This document shows positions 1-22,126 of a stretch of 64,000 nt of DNA, piece after piece. The number at the start of each line of letters is the position of its first letter. Position 1 is the stretch's first letter. The DNA is from Amoebidium appalachense (Eukaryota > Protista > Ichthyosporea). The stretch covers positions 4,838,564-4,902,563 of the forward strand of contig CAVNZM010000004.1 in NCBI GenBank assembly GCA_963693365.1. Reading direction: 5' to 3'. A program made the position numbers and the translations under genes. The notes beneath the pieces were generated by a model, which was given only the letters and a program-made list of their open reading frames with translations, did no database searches and was not told the origin of the DNA.

Positions 1-8389
<8,389 letters not shown>

Positions 8390-9387
8390 TTCTCCCCCCG
8401 TATACAACATTTCGCCGGTGGCCAAAAAGGGAAATCTAGGAGCTTATTGTTCTTCACGGATGCCACTAATTGTTCTAGATGTCCTTCACTCCCCGTGCAT
8501 GTGTATGGATGAACTAGTGGCATGAACAGAAAACACGTTCAACAGAGACACGCAATGCTCCTCTTCTTCTACATCTCTCTATAGTGGCCAAATCTACAGT
8601 GACATGCACGTCCTCGTGAATTACAGAATGAATTCCACCATTCAGTGCTACATGATCACGTGTATGGTTCTTCGTATTAGCGTTTAAATGGTCTGGGTAC
8701 GTGTGCCTTGAATACCATGCGTCAAAGAATGTTAGAAGTACTAGCTGCAGAGGAGACCCAGGGTGTGTACACCCTTCAACACATTCAAGCACATACACTT
8801 AGAGGTATATGTGGCACAGATGAAGGGATCGTTAGTTAAACATCAACAATAGTGGACTGCAGAGGGGATATTCATACTAAGGGGATATTCACACTAACAT
8901 ACATATCAGTAAAGTGATGGGACCGTTACCCAAACACTGTTTCTGAGAGCGTAGGGGGAATAAAAAACGTCTTCGTCACGTTTCGAGCTGTCCTTTTTGA
9001 AGCCTTGGTGCTTCGCTTTGAATAACCGTTGACTGCGGGCCGTCCAATTAAAGTTTTTGGCGGCTCACAGCAAAATTCGATGAGCCAATCGAAAATGTTG
9101 TTATCAGCCCAAATAAGGCACAACCTAAGATGGGCACATTCCACCATCTCCTTGGAATGTAAACAGTTTAAACAAGCCTGCAAACAGCTTATGAGGCACA
9201 GACAAGTTTTCACAAAATTTTCAGACTCGCTGTGCACATGTGCACTCGCGACTCGGTAGTGTACGTAGGTGTGTACAGGGGTCACTCACTTTTAATTTAA
9301 AAGGTAAATTCGGCTTAGGGTCTAGAATCTAAAGGTTACCAGCCGTATGGTTCATTACGTTTCCCCCCCCCCCCCCCCCCCCCCCCC

Positions 9388-9422
<35 letters not shown>

Positions 9423-9495
9423 TTCTGCTGTCTTGTGAACCCTTTTTTCGGCTGTGGGAGCATACCGCCTTTCAGATTTTTTGTGCCGTGCAGCG

Positions 9496-9526
<31 letters not shown>

Positions 9527-9900
9527 TGCAACCCCCCCCCCCACAACAACACACACACACCCACACACCCACACACACACACACACACACACACGCACGC
9601 AGTGTCACACACGCCGTACGCGTGCAGCGTGCACGTGCACGACACACGCACTGGCCATGGGCCCAGTGACACTCACAAGCACACAAACAAAAAATCCACA
9701 TGTACATGTACACTCAGATATGCACACAAAAAGGTGCATTATAATAGTGGAACAGGGAGTATACTAATTATTACACGGGTGTAAGGCTAGTAAAGGGCAC
9801 CGTGGGCCCATGTAATCTGTTCTGCCCTTTCTTCAACTAGCATGCAGCAAACACACACACACACACGTGCACACACATACACAGCGGCACGCGCTGACAC

Positions 9901-9933
<33 letters not shown>

Positions 9934-10071
9934 GCTGCACTTTTGAAAGCTTAAGTTGCTGCAGAGATCTAATCAAGAGCTAATCTGGACCTGAAAGGAG
10001 CTCGAGATGCCCTGTAGGAGGCTAGAAACCCCCGGTTCGGGGGGGGAAGGGGGGGGGGGGGGGGGGGGGGG

Positions 10072-10208
10072 GGTTTGAATGCGTCAAAAAGTACGAAGTA
10101 CACAAAACGGATAACACGATGCAGAATGCAAGCCATACATAAAGAGTATGCATAATAAGCAGACCATCCTCTGGGGGGCCCCACGTCATCCACAGTACCC
10201 GAGTTTCG
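10072..10208. repeat. Copy of dispersed G-tract-flanked repeat family
   Basis: Nearly identical to 11311-11457 (TTTGAATGCG...GTACGAAGTACAC...ATAAGCAGA..CCATCCTC...CCCACGTCATCCACAGTACCCGAGTTTCG). Confidence 0.8.
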
Positions 10209-10209
10209 G

Positions 10210-10245
<36 letters not shown>

Positions 10246-10817
10246 TGAGTAGGTACCGTACGGAGTGTGTCCAGGAGAGAGCTGGACGATGGAAAAAAGC
10301 ACGGCATGATCTCTGCAGTTGTATGTTTTCTAGTTGTTTGCATGGCCCGGGCCAGCATCATTTCTTTTGCATAGCAAAAGTGTTTTCACCAGAGTGATTT
10401 TCTTCTACACAGTGAATCGCGTCACATTAATCATTATTACCGTAGCTAGAGACTCTAGTGGCAGTCCCTTTGTATGTACAGGGGATGTATCATCACCCTC
10501 TCCTAGAAGAAAATAAATACAATACTCCCAAACTGATATTGGCATATATGTATAGTTTCTACGCATATCTTTCGTTTATGATGATATAAACAGTTCAGAT
10601 GGACACATTTGCAGCCTTTTGTGCTGTATATTGACAAATAAACAACAACAACAAAAAAAAAAGAAGAAAAAAAAAAAGAAAAAAGAAAGAAAAAGAAAAA
10701 AAGGAGATAATGAGCAAACGTATGTAAAACTTGCGACAAGTGTTAATACGGCACGAACTTACCAAAAAAAAAAAAAGCATGAATATATTGGTGGGTGGTG
10801 GTGGTGGTTGGGGAAAA

Positions 10818-10857
<40 letters not shown>

Positions 10858-10859
10858 CA

Positions 10860-11046
10860 GGGGGAGGTTGGTATCTCCGTTGCTGATTTCGTCAATGGGT
10901 GGGTCTCTTGAAGGTAGCGCAGAACATGGTCACTCCTCCATCTTTCTCTGTGGGTCAAAAGTGAGAAAAAAAAGCGAAAGTAAGAAAGGAAGGAGGAGAG
11001 AAAGGGAAGGAGGGACGGGGGCAGATTGAAAAAGGGGTGGGCACCT

Positions 11047-11078
<32 letters not shown>

Positions 11079-13559
11079 GGGGGGGAGAGAAAGAGAGGGG
11101 GGGGGGGGGGGGGGGGGGGGGGGAGGGGGGAGAAGACAGGTGGGAAGGATTAACAGATGACAAGAACCAAAAGATGAGAAGAAACAGAAAACCGGAAAAT
11201 GCTTCGACCTTTGTGTTCAGGAAGGCTATTGCCAGGCAGGAGACGATGAGACGGGAAGGAAGGAAAACAGCGACTACTTTTCCGGGGCGGGCAGGGGAGG
11301 GGGGGGGGGGGGGTTTGAATGCGTTAAAAAGTACGAAGTACACAAGAACAAACGGATAACACGATGCAGAATGCAAGCCATACATAAAGAGTATGCATAA
11401 TAAGCAGAGCCCATCCTCAGGGGGGGCCCACGTCATCCACAGTACCCGAGTTTCGACCTATTCCCCTCGTTAACGAAACCCAACTCAGATACTGTTTGGG
11501 GGGGGGTTGAATGCGGCCCATCCTCAGGGAGGGCCCACGTCATCCACAGTGCCCGAGTTTCGACCCATTCACCTCGTTAACGAAACCCAACTCAGATACA
11601 GTTTCACTTAAACATGGGTGGGTCATCGGCCTTGATCAGAGACAAGCAGGGTTACTTTGTGGTGGTGGTGGTGGTGGTGGGGGGGGGGGGGGGGGGGGGG
11701 GGTTGAATGCGGAACACGGTACGAAGTACGCATACACGACGAGAAGCATGGTGCAGGACACATGCAAAGGCAAACATTCAAGTATGCAACATCAGCCACG
11801 TGCACAGTATGCGTCATAAGCAGAGCCCATCCTCAGGGAGGACCCAAGGGGGGGGGGGGGGGGGGGGAGGGGGGAGTGGTACAGAGTACAAAGTATGCTT
11901 TCGCGACGGACAACACAATGCAGAGGTCGTAAGGTGAACTCTAAAGACTAAGTGAGAGGGGGGGGGGGGGGGGGGGGGCAGGCAGGGGGGGCAAACATAC
12001 GTTGGGTTCGGGTTCATCATGCCCAGCAGCATGGGCAGTGTGTGGTCGGAAATACGGCCCCACCCACACAGCTGCTGCACGTTGGGGTATGCCTCAACAA
12101 ACCGATTGTAGCGCTGGTCACTCACGTCCGCCTCACACCTGTTATTTCGACCAGCCCATTAGAGTTTTGGGTTATTCTAATGATTGGTGCCTCTAAAGTT
12201 TTGTCACAGTAACCTGTTTGCCGCTATGCTAAGGATCTAGGGAAAGAATTGATGCTTAGGAGTTGGGAGAAGCGATACAACAGCCATACCATTTTTCCCA
12301 AGCAAGGCACATGGCATATTTTGTTAACGACTGAAAATTTTATGTGGTCACAGGAGCGGGTAGGGGAGCATTCCCCCTGTCACCCTTTAAAGCAACCTGC
12401 CAGAATGAAGCTTCTCTAAACAGCCATTATGTCAAACTAGAGTCAGATCCAAGCCTATCGCTTTAATAAATGGAGGAGTTTAAATTGTTAGCCTCTTCGG
12501 GCCGGCACTAATTGATTTGGCCGGCAGCCGGCCATCTCTAAACAGCTCTAAAGAACTCTATCGAGGCTCAAAATCGATAGAAAAAGCTCAAATGAATTGT
12601 AAATCCACGTATATGTCTTACCTACATACGTTTCTAAGATAATTTGGGGGGGGGGGGGGGGGGGGGAATCATTTTTTCGTATACTTGTGCATCTGTTTCT
12701 GCGTTTCTCAGCGACTATCCAGGGAAATATTCCGGTATGAACAGGTTAAAGAAATCACTGGTACCTACCATGGGAAGCAACCAATCAGCAAGCAGAACAG
12801 CACCACCCCGGCGGAAAACACATCACATTCCATAAAATCCACGTGCTTCAACTCGCAGCTTCCCTCGTGCACCTCCGGCGCCATGTAGTTGAGTGTCGAC
12901 GACCCCCCACACGCCACTGAAAAAAAAAGAGGATAGAAGTGAGAAAAGTAAGACCTAAGCAAGATTATCGCGGCGTGACGACATAATTCTGTTAGACATC
13001 TATAGGAATGTTGGCGTGTTGTGTGTGTTTTGGGGGAGGAGGGGGGGGGGTACGGAGGTAGGGGGAGGGGGTAGGAGCTAGGATGGGGGGTGGGGATGAG
13101 GGGGATCGTGATGCCACCATGGGCTCTACCGAAAATGGGGGGGGGGGGGGGGGGGGGGGTTAGAATGCACTGTGGAATGCACGGGAGGGGGGGGGGGGGG
13201 TCTCAGTGTCTGTATGTATCCACGACTGTCATGAGCCACGTGTTTAAGGGGCATGTTCGGTAATCCAAAAACCCACTCCCCCCCCGCCTCCCCCCCCCCC
13301 CCTCATGCACACTTCCTGCCATCGCTTTATGTTCCTTTATTCTTCCCACATGCTTTCTATTCAACCAGCACCACCACCCCTCACTCCTTCCAGCACACAT
13401 ACTCCCCATCCCCTCCTTACCCCTCCCCACCTCTCACTCCTCCGCTTTGCAAGCATATTCCCATCCAACACAGAACACACACAAAGAGAGCGAGGGGGGG
13501 GGGAAGGGGGGGGGGGGGAAAGGGGGGGGGGGGGGGGGGGGGATGTACATCTATATCTA

Positions 13560-13629
<70 letters not shown>

Positions 13630-14347
13630 TGGACAGAGAGAGGTGAAAAAGAGGGAGAGAGAGAGAGGACCGGGGGAAGGGGGGGGGGGGGGGGGGGGGG
13701 GGGGGAGGGGGAGGGGGGACGCATACATATGCACTCCTTTGACCGGCACACGGCCGATCCAAAGTCGATTAGGTGCAGATCTCCCCTTTCATCCAATACA
13801 AGATTGTCCAGTTTGATGTCACAGTGCGCTACATCGTAAGAGTGGATGTGACACAGCGCCTGGATCAGCTGCCAAAAAAAAAAAAAAAAAAAAAAAGGAA
13901 AAGGAAAAAACAAAGAATTAAAAAAAAGAAAGAAAGAAAAAAGAAGAAGAGAAGGTGGTGAACAATGAAAGACAAAAGAAGGGGAAACGAAAAAAGGAAA
14001 TCGAAGAAAGGAAGGACAACAGGATAAAGGGGGGGGGGGGGAAGAGAGGGAAAAAAAAGGGGGGGGGGGGGTTAAAGAGAAAATAGAAGAAGGGAAACCC
14101 GTAAAGGGAAAGGGAAAGAAAGGAAAGAGGAAAACAGATTAAGCAGAAGTGTTAGTCGTATTTGTTTTGGTTCATCCCCCCCTCACCCCCCCCCCCCCCC
14201 CCCCCCCCCCTCTCCCCAACACACACATGGTGTTCTGCAGCATTCAACTCAAAGATCCGCCTATATCCCCTCCTTTCCCCTCCAAACACACATAACAAAA
14301 GCAATATATAAACAAACAAACACCCGCGCGCACGTGCGCACGTGCAC

Positions 14348-14382
<35 letters not shown>

Positions 14383-15314
14383 CACACACGCACACACATG
14401 GCGTAGGTTGGGGAAGAGGGGAAGGGAGAGAGGTTCAGGAGCTGATACACAGAACTTATTACAAAGATCCACAAAAAGAAAAATAAGACTGTTCCACACT
14501 AAGTAGGCGCCAGTACATACGAATTGCAGTCTAAATTCTCTGCACCGCAACTGCCTTCCATCTTGCTTCCCTTGTGAAAATCAATAAAAGAAAAAAAAAA
14601 AAGTTTCCCTTTGGGAAAGACAGAATCACATTTTCTTGATTTGGGTGTAGCTACAAACCATTGAATTTTTAGTACATGGGGCATTTGTGTTTGTTCTTCC
14701 CTTTCAGACCTACCCATCCACTACCACCACTGCCAAAAGGAGGCACTTGCTCTTTATTACCATAATTTTTTCAAAAATAAAGCAGGTCGCTAGAATAGGG
14801 TTACAGAAAGCACGCTCACAACACCAAAACTCACCTGCATAAAGTATTTTAGAGCCTTTTTCTCATCTACGCCACAGCACGGAGACACGGCATCGATCAG
14901 ATCCCCGCCTCCGAAATAAGGAAAAATCATACACCAAGCATCCGAGCTCACCTTCACAATCTCCTGGACACTGACAATTCGCGGGTGCGGTGGAAAGCGC
15001 ATCATTATATCAGCTTCGGCCTTTCTTTCTTCGCCAAAAAGATACTTCATTATTACGTTCTTCCTGGTTGGCATGTGCATGCCGAACGTTACGCGCGAAC
15101 ACGGTGTCGCATTTAGAGTGGTAAGAGGGATGTAATCTCTCATGGGATCCTCCTTGGTCAAGGGATTATCCATGCTCGGGTAACAGCAAGTGTCCGCGCA
15201 CAGACTTGAAATATGACATTCGCAGCTTGCCGGCGCCTCGGCCTTTGCTCGCTGCTTTTCAGGCAGCCCAGATGCTAACGTGTCGTGCATTTTCGTTCGT
15301 GGTGTGATTAGCAT
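10860..15314 (-). CDS. Serine/threonine protein kinase (5 exons seen; start and 3' end approximate)
   Basis: Exons ~15314/15173-14835, 13868-13727, 12916-12769, 12138-12001 and 10947-~10860 splice in phase. Motifs: VIMK, HPRIV, GGDL, HCDIKLDN, IDFG, YMAPE, DVFSAGVVLFCLLIGCFPWCEA, MMNPNPTERW. Confidence 0.9.
11311..11845. repeat. Cluster of dispersed repeat modules in a kinase intron
   Basis: Three GCCCATCCTCAGG-containing modules. 11408-11495 and 11516-11602 are a tandem pair, and 11703-11834 matches 46095-46226 almost exactly. Confidence 0.8.
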
Positions 15315-17191
15315 TAAAAAATTAGCACAAGACACATGTAACCGGTGAATCTTGTTGACAGCAACGCTGCAGACACTCCAACTGCACACAAAGTGGCTTC
15401 ACGGATCAGCAGCGGAATTACTGTGGATGCTTGCTCTTGTGGCTCACACAAGCTGTGGATAACAAGAAGGTGCACCATGCGCGTGCGAAAGAAGTGCATG
15501 AATTTGCCTTGTGGTGCAAAAATGGAACCCCCAGAATACACTGGGCCTACAACAGGTTTTCGTCAGGGTTCTGAGGTCAAGGAAACATGGAACCATTCAG
15601 CACCTCATACGTATGAGCAATAAAGATTGCAGAGAAACGACTGTAGCGTGTGTGCACATACGTCAATAAGAAGCAAAAGAGAGGCACTCGAACTGTGTTC
15701 TCAAGGATCCTAAAATACTATATAATTGACGGTGATTATTCTCTCTCACTGGCGGAGGCCCTCATGAAAGTGACTCAGTTTTCAAAGGCCAGTACCATGT
15801 TGCGCGGCAGCTTTCACCCTAGCTTTGATATTCGCATGAATCCCCACGAGTACATTAATTTCGATTCTTAACAAATTATTACTTGAGGGCTGTCGGTTGC
15901 GCACATTGCCACATAAATAACAGACCAACGTACTTCTATTATAATATATTACATTATATATTTCAATTGTCTATTTACAAAACTGAACCCACTTTTCACG
16001 ATTCTTTCCGGGGTTGTATCGTAACGGAAAAATAAAAACGCAACACGAGAAATGTTCTGAATTGGTAAAAAGCGGGGAGGCGATCATGGTTCCAGGAAGA
16101 CTCAGAGAACCGTCCAATCAGGTGGTTGCGTATGCTAAAGGCACTCATCCTCCCCATACCTAAAAGGCCTCGCTGATTGAGATGACAATGAGGGGGCGCA
16201 ACAAATGGAAAGTTGTTCTTGACATATGTTGTGTAGCTCACTAATGTGCCATTAATCTTACAACATTAGATATTGATATGTTTTATTATATAATATTGCA
16301 AAATGTGAAACGTAAGGTACATTTACAACATATTAGTAGACAAGATACTGCACACATGGTGGTGCACTACGAATACAAAACAACTGAAAAATGCACAGCA
16401 TTCTGTATCCCCCTCAACTTCCGGCCATGGGAAGAAAGCAACCGAATCCTTTTTCTAGAATTCGCTCGACGCCGGAATTGATTGAAGCATATACAGAACT
16501 TGTCTTGATGATAATTCCTACTATTAAACTGTACTAATAGCTGTATTACAACTTCTGCAAGCATGCTTTTTTGGTCCTTTATCTCATGAATTAGTGAATT
16601 TGAACTCAGCACGATTTTTAGTCTACGCAGGCTAGCCTGCTTCAGCTGTACATGCTAGAGCGAGGTAAAAGCTCCGAGATAGAGCATTTTGACCGCAGTG
16701 GGCTTTGGGTCTAGGTAGATGCTAAAAACGGTAAAGACTCAAATAAACACTGTACATTTGTTTTTATTACAGATTTTACGTTTTCCCCTATCCTATTCCC
16801 CTTTTTTTACCAAACTTTTTAGAGTTAGCCTATAACTGTTCAGTGAACACCAAGAAATTTGCATGCCTAGCCCAATCAGCACGTGAATCGCCTAATGGGT
16901 TCGCTTCTCTCATCAAATCCAGAACAAACAGCATAAAAAGAGAAGTTACAAGCAGCCATTCATTGATTAATTATTCATCAAAACACACAATTTCGTGGGT
17001 TTTTAATTTATGAAATCTTTTTGCCCGAATTAGCCTGGTCAGAATTGGAGCTATTTGGGGGCCCCTACTCGCACGATAAAGTTCCGGTCGTTTGCGATCA
17101 TGATCTGCAGCTAATCGTTATTCGCTTTGTTTCTAAAGAAGACCAATCACCAACAGCTGGTATTCTCGGCGGTACTTTTGAAAATGAAAAC

Positions 17192-18441
17192 TGGTTCGGT
17201 TCGTGTGACAAGCCAGATTGCCAGATTGCCAGATTTTTTTTACCGGTAAATTTTAGCCATTCAGATCGAGCCATTATAAAACTAAATTTCGTATTAATGC
17301 CAGAATTTATCCACCCCCTTTCCAGATGCCGGATTTTAGAAAGGGGGGGGGGGGGGGTTTCCAGATGACGGCCGTGCAGGGATTGGGTAACCCAGGCCGC
17401 CAGAATGCAAGCGTAACCAATCAGCAGGTGCCTCCACAAAGGCTGCTTGGCCGTGTGACACAGCGTACGACAAAACGACAAAACGATACCTGTCACAACC
17501 GTAGTGTTGACAAAAGAGACGATTCCCTCTTCCTTTCATCTGATTTATTTGTATTTTTATTTGCGGATAGCTCTCTTTCGCCCTCGTCTGTACCTTGCCC
17601 TTTGTCTTTTCCTTGTAGGGTCTCTCTTGAGACGGGAAAATGGGCGACCCAGATGAACACCACCGGCGGGTTGTGGCTACTATATTGCTCCTAACGTGTT
17701 ACTCCGCCGCATTTTTGGCCTATACGTCCATAAACGCAACCGCTCTGGATCACACGCCTGCGTACTACCTAACTCGACCCTCTTTACTCCATCCCAAAAT
17801 TGAGGAAATGCCTTGGTCCCGTTTGTGGTAAAAGGATGCGCCAGACACAGTCATTCCACTTTTGGCCTTGTGTCTCTCCCACTGTCTCCGTGCATCTTTC
17901 ATTGACTAAGCATGCATGCATGCCAACACAGGCTCAAACGCACATGTGCACCCATGCATCCACGCAAACCCAAACTCGCACACACACCCACATACAAGCT
18001 TGCGAGCGCAGCACACACACACAGACACACTCAGACACACACACACACACGCACACACACACTCACCATGCCTCAATGCGTGCACGCGTGCACACACGAA
18101 CACACACGCACACATACACACACACACGCCGTGACATCCACCTGCGCGCATGCGTGCACGCGCGCGCACACACACACACGTATTCACACACACACTCTCT
18201 CTCTCTCTCCGACTCTCCCTCCCTCCCTGTCCATCTCTCTCTGTCTCTTTCTCTCTGTCCTAACAGGCCTCTAGTTTATCTCACACGTGCACACACACAC
18301 CCTTCAATACGCGCACACGCGCACATGAGCACACGCGAGCACACACACACACACACAAGCCCGCGCGCGCGCGCATGCACACATACACAAACACTCGTAC
18401 GTGCGCACGCGTGATGTGGGCACCCACCCGCCCACACACAC

Positions 18442-18483
<42 letters not shown>

Positions 18484-18606
18484 CGTGCCACAGCCTGTGA
18501 CACACAAGCTCACTCTGAGACACACACACACACAGACACACACACACACGCACACACACATACACCCCCCCCCCCCCCCACCTTTCCACACACAAACACG
18601 ATACAT

Positions 18607-18652
<46 letters not shown>

Positions 18653-18664
18653 TGTGACACACAC

Positions 18665-18707
<43 letters not shown>

Positions 18708-18711
18708 TTGA

Positions 18712-18784
<73 letters not shown>

Positions 18785-18831
18785 ACACACACACACACGA
18801 ACACACACACACACACACAAACACACACTGT

Positions 18832-18878
<47 letters not shown>

Positions 18879-18882
18879 TTGA

Positions 18883-18954
<72 letters not shown>

Positions 18955-19241
18955 CACTTACATGCCCCCCCTCCCCCTCTCCTGGGCCCTTCGCCGTACG
19001 ATTAGCTCCGTGGTGGTCTTTCACGTGTAGAATGCACGGGGACCTCACCCAAGTATGGGGTGGAGTGTGTGGGTGTGTGGGGTGTCGGTGGGTCGGGATG
19101 TGTGCCAGTGGGGGTGTGGGAGCGCGTGCGTGTGTGTGCATGTGCGCTTTGTATGGGTATGTGCGTGCGTGTGTGCGTGCGTGCGTGCGTGCGTACCTGG
19201 TTGCCTGCGTGCGTGCGTGCTTGCGTGTGTGGGTGGATGGG

Positions 19242-19277
<36 letters not shown>

Positions 19278-19397
19278 AGCGTGCTTACTACGTGTATGTG
19301 TGTGCGTGTGCGTGTGTGTGTGTGTGCGTGTTTGTGTGTGTGTGTGTGTGTCTGTGTGTGTGTGTGTGTGCGTGTGTGTGTGTGTTTGTGTGTGTGT

Positions 19398-19446
<49 letters not shown>

Positions 19447-20095
19447 CGTGCGTGCGTCCGCGCGTCTGTGCGTATGTGCGTGCGTGCTTTCGTGTGTGCG
19501 TGCATGTGTACTTGACAGCGTACTTGACAGGAAACAACCCGAAAGATGCAAGAATGGTGCAAAGAGCGCGTTCTTTTCGGCCTGTCAAACTGTCAACTAC
19601 ACACGTTAGAAAGCCTTCGAATACCCGGCCAATAAAAAGCCGAAACAGCTCCATAAAACTTTTATGTGAACAGGCTAGCCCTCATGCGTCCTATACTTTC
19701 TCTCCGATCAATGTTTTAGAAACGAAATGGTTGAAAGATGGACACGGAAAGTTACTTCCTTCAACAGTCTGCAAAACTAACAAAAAAGACACAGTTACAT
19801 ATGAGAAGCAGCGAATGTAGAATGAATGCTTTTTATACGCACGTCAGCATCCCAAAGTTGCTCTTCCATAAAAACAAGACCCATAAAAGGTCAACAAAAC
19901 CCCTTGCCACCGAAAAAGGCTGCGTGTAAAACGAGACGAAGAACACGAACATGAATTTTCCCCGTGATTTTTACGCAGATTTTGCTAAAATCATCGAGCT
20001 ACACGAACCGCAAATTGGCGAAGGCTTTTTAAACAAAATTTGGCACCCTAAAAAATCTGGCAATCTGGCAATCTGGCGTCACACGAACCGAACCA
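17192..20095 (+). mobile_element. TIR-bounded DNA transposon, probably non-autonomous or internally deleted; possibly PIF/Harbinger-ISL2EU-like
   Basis: The left end TGGTTCGGTTCGTGTGACAAGCCAGATTGCCAGATTGCCAGATTTTTT (17192) is an inverted match to AAAAAATCTGGCAATCTGGCAATCTGGCGTCACACGAACCGAACCA (ends 20095). An internal exon 17640-17828 encodes YYLTRPSLLHPKIEEMPWSRLW, which from memory resembles N-termini of DDE_Tnp_4-type transposases. No target-site duplication found. Confidence 0.7.
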
Positions 20096-20102
20096 CTCTC
20101 CG

Positions 20103-20150
<48 letters not shown>

Positions 20151-20454
20151 TCTCTCTCTCCCCCCCCCCCCCCCCCTCCCCCCTCCCCCCCCCCCCCCCC
20201 CTCCCTCCCCCTCTCTCCTTCCCTTTCCCCCTCCCTCCCCCCTCCCCCCCCGGCCTCTCTCTCTCTCTCCCTCTCTCTCTCTCTCTCTCCCGCCCCCTCT
20301 CCCTTCCTCCCTCGCTCTCTCCCCCCCCCCCCCCCCCCCTCCCTCTCCCCGCCCCCCTCTCTCTCACCCCCCTCTCTTCTCCCCCCCTCTCCCCCCCCTC
20401 TCTCTCTCCCCCCCCCCCCTCTCTCTCTTGTCGCTCTATGCCAAGTTCTCCGTC

Positions 20455-20488
<34 letters not shown>

Positions 20489-20577
20489 CCCCACCCCGGG
20501 CCCACCCTCCACCCCCAACAACACACACAAATTTCACAACTAATAATATTACCAGCTGCTGCAGCACCACACCACAT

Positions 20578-20619
<42 letters not shown>

Positions 20620-20802
20620 TTGCCACCTACACACTTGCAAGCACCACATCACGATCCCATTCTCAGAGAAGCACGCAAGGTTCCATCCAGGCATCAGACT
20701 CCGACACAAGCGAGAAAATTGGATACTATAAAATTCAGATCATTCAGAAAGCTTTGACGGCAGCATCATAACGTAATCATATCCCCCCCCCCCCCCCCCC
20801 CC

Positions 20803-20874
<72 letters not shown>

Positions 20875-21083
20875 CTTTTTCCTGTTTGCACTCAACCTAT
20901 ACTTCACACTCTTTCTTAGTACGTATACGTACGACCATGGCATAGGCACATGGATTGGACAAGCAGGTGTGTTTTCTTTCTCTCTCTCTCTCCCTACTAT
21001 CTCTCTCTCTTTCTCTATTTTTTTGGTGTGTGTGTGCTGTACGTGTGTATGTGTGACACTGTGCGTGTGTGTACGGTGTGTGA

Positions 21084-21146
<63 letters not shown>

Positions 21147-21175
21147 CAACGTGTGTGTGTGTGTGTGTGTGTGCG

Positions 21176-21233
<58 letters not shown>

Positions 21234-21291
21234 CGCGTGTGCGCATGTCTGTGTGCGGCGTTCCCATCGTTTGTCTAAAGGGGAGGGGGAA

Positions 21292-21335
<44 letters not shown>

Positions 21336-22126
21336 CCACGAGTAGTGTGTTTCTTCTCATGGTTCCAGTTTTCAAGCCGTTGCACTCTGTTTTGTCGATC
21401 TATGAGGACATGTGCACAAGTTGTACGAGCACAGTTGGAACACGCACAGCTGCAGCAGTAGTAGCCATGGCCCGGTACCAATGCACACGCGTTTACTGGG
21501 TCATCATCGTGAAGTAGGTTGCATTTACGGTGCAAATACATTGTTCCAGGCCCAGCTTGGTGTATATTTGTCGTATCAATCTCTTTACTCTTCCATCGGC
21601 CCACACAAACTTTTTTCGAAGTCACACGTGTGTTTACGCACACGTGGGGGCAACCGTTCATTCCTATGGGCTTCAAAGGACTTTGATATCTCTTTCCTAT
21701 TGGTTCTGTGAATCTGCAAATAACTATATATAGATAAACAGCAGCGATTGGCCGATGTTTGGCGCCTTTTCCAGATCTCATTGGCGTAAAAATGAAAACA
21801 AACAAACAAAGAGCAATAAAAGTATGTTCTAATAATTGGTTGCTTATCGTAAACAATTCACCACTTAAAGCTATTAAAGAAAGTACTGCTTTCTAATTTG
21901 TCAAATATCACGCATGCGTATAGAGAATAAACTATGTGGAGCTTTGACGTGAAAAACGACAACCGTAAACTTGCAACTTGCATTTGTGTGCTTCACGTTT
22001 ACAGTTTACACTCACTAACACAGTAGCTTACACACACGGTACAACTACCCACCCCACTTTTTTCCTCGCCCAAACCTTTTACACAAACACTTACCCATTC
22101 TTTTTCCTTCCTTTAACCTATTCAAA

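Noticed and set aside
10255-10330. Candidate final kinase exon (KHTTAEIMPCFF)
   Set aside because: The exon at 10947 has a better acceptor and supplies the conserved subdomain XI Arg.
11405-11570. Hammerhead ribozyme in the dispersed repeat (CTGAGGA and CGAAAC on the minus strand)
   Set aside because: I could not close stem II or find the NUH cleavage triplet in canonical geometry. It needs an Infernal search before any claim.
12495-12545. Possible hAT-like terminus (TAGAGATGGCCGG on the minus strand)
   Set aside because: No partner inverted end or target-site duplication found.
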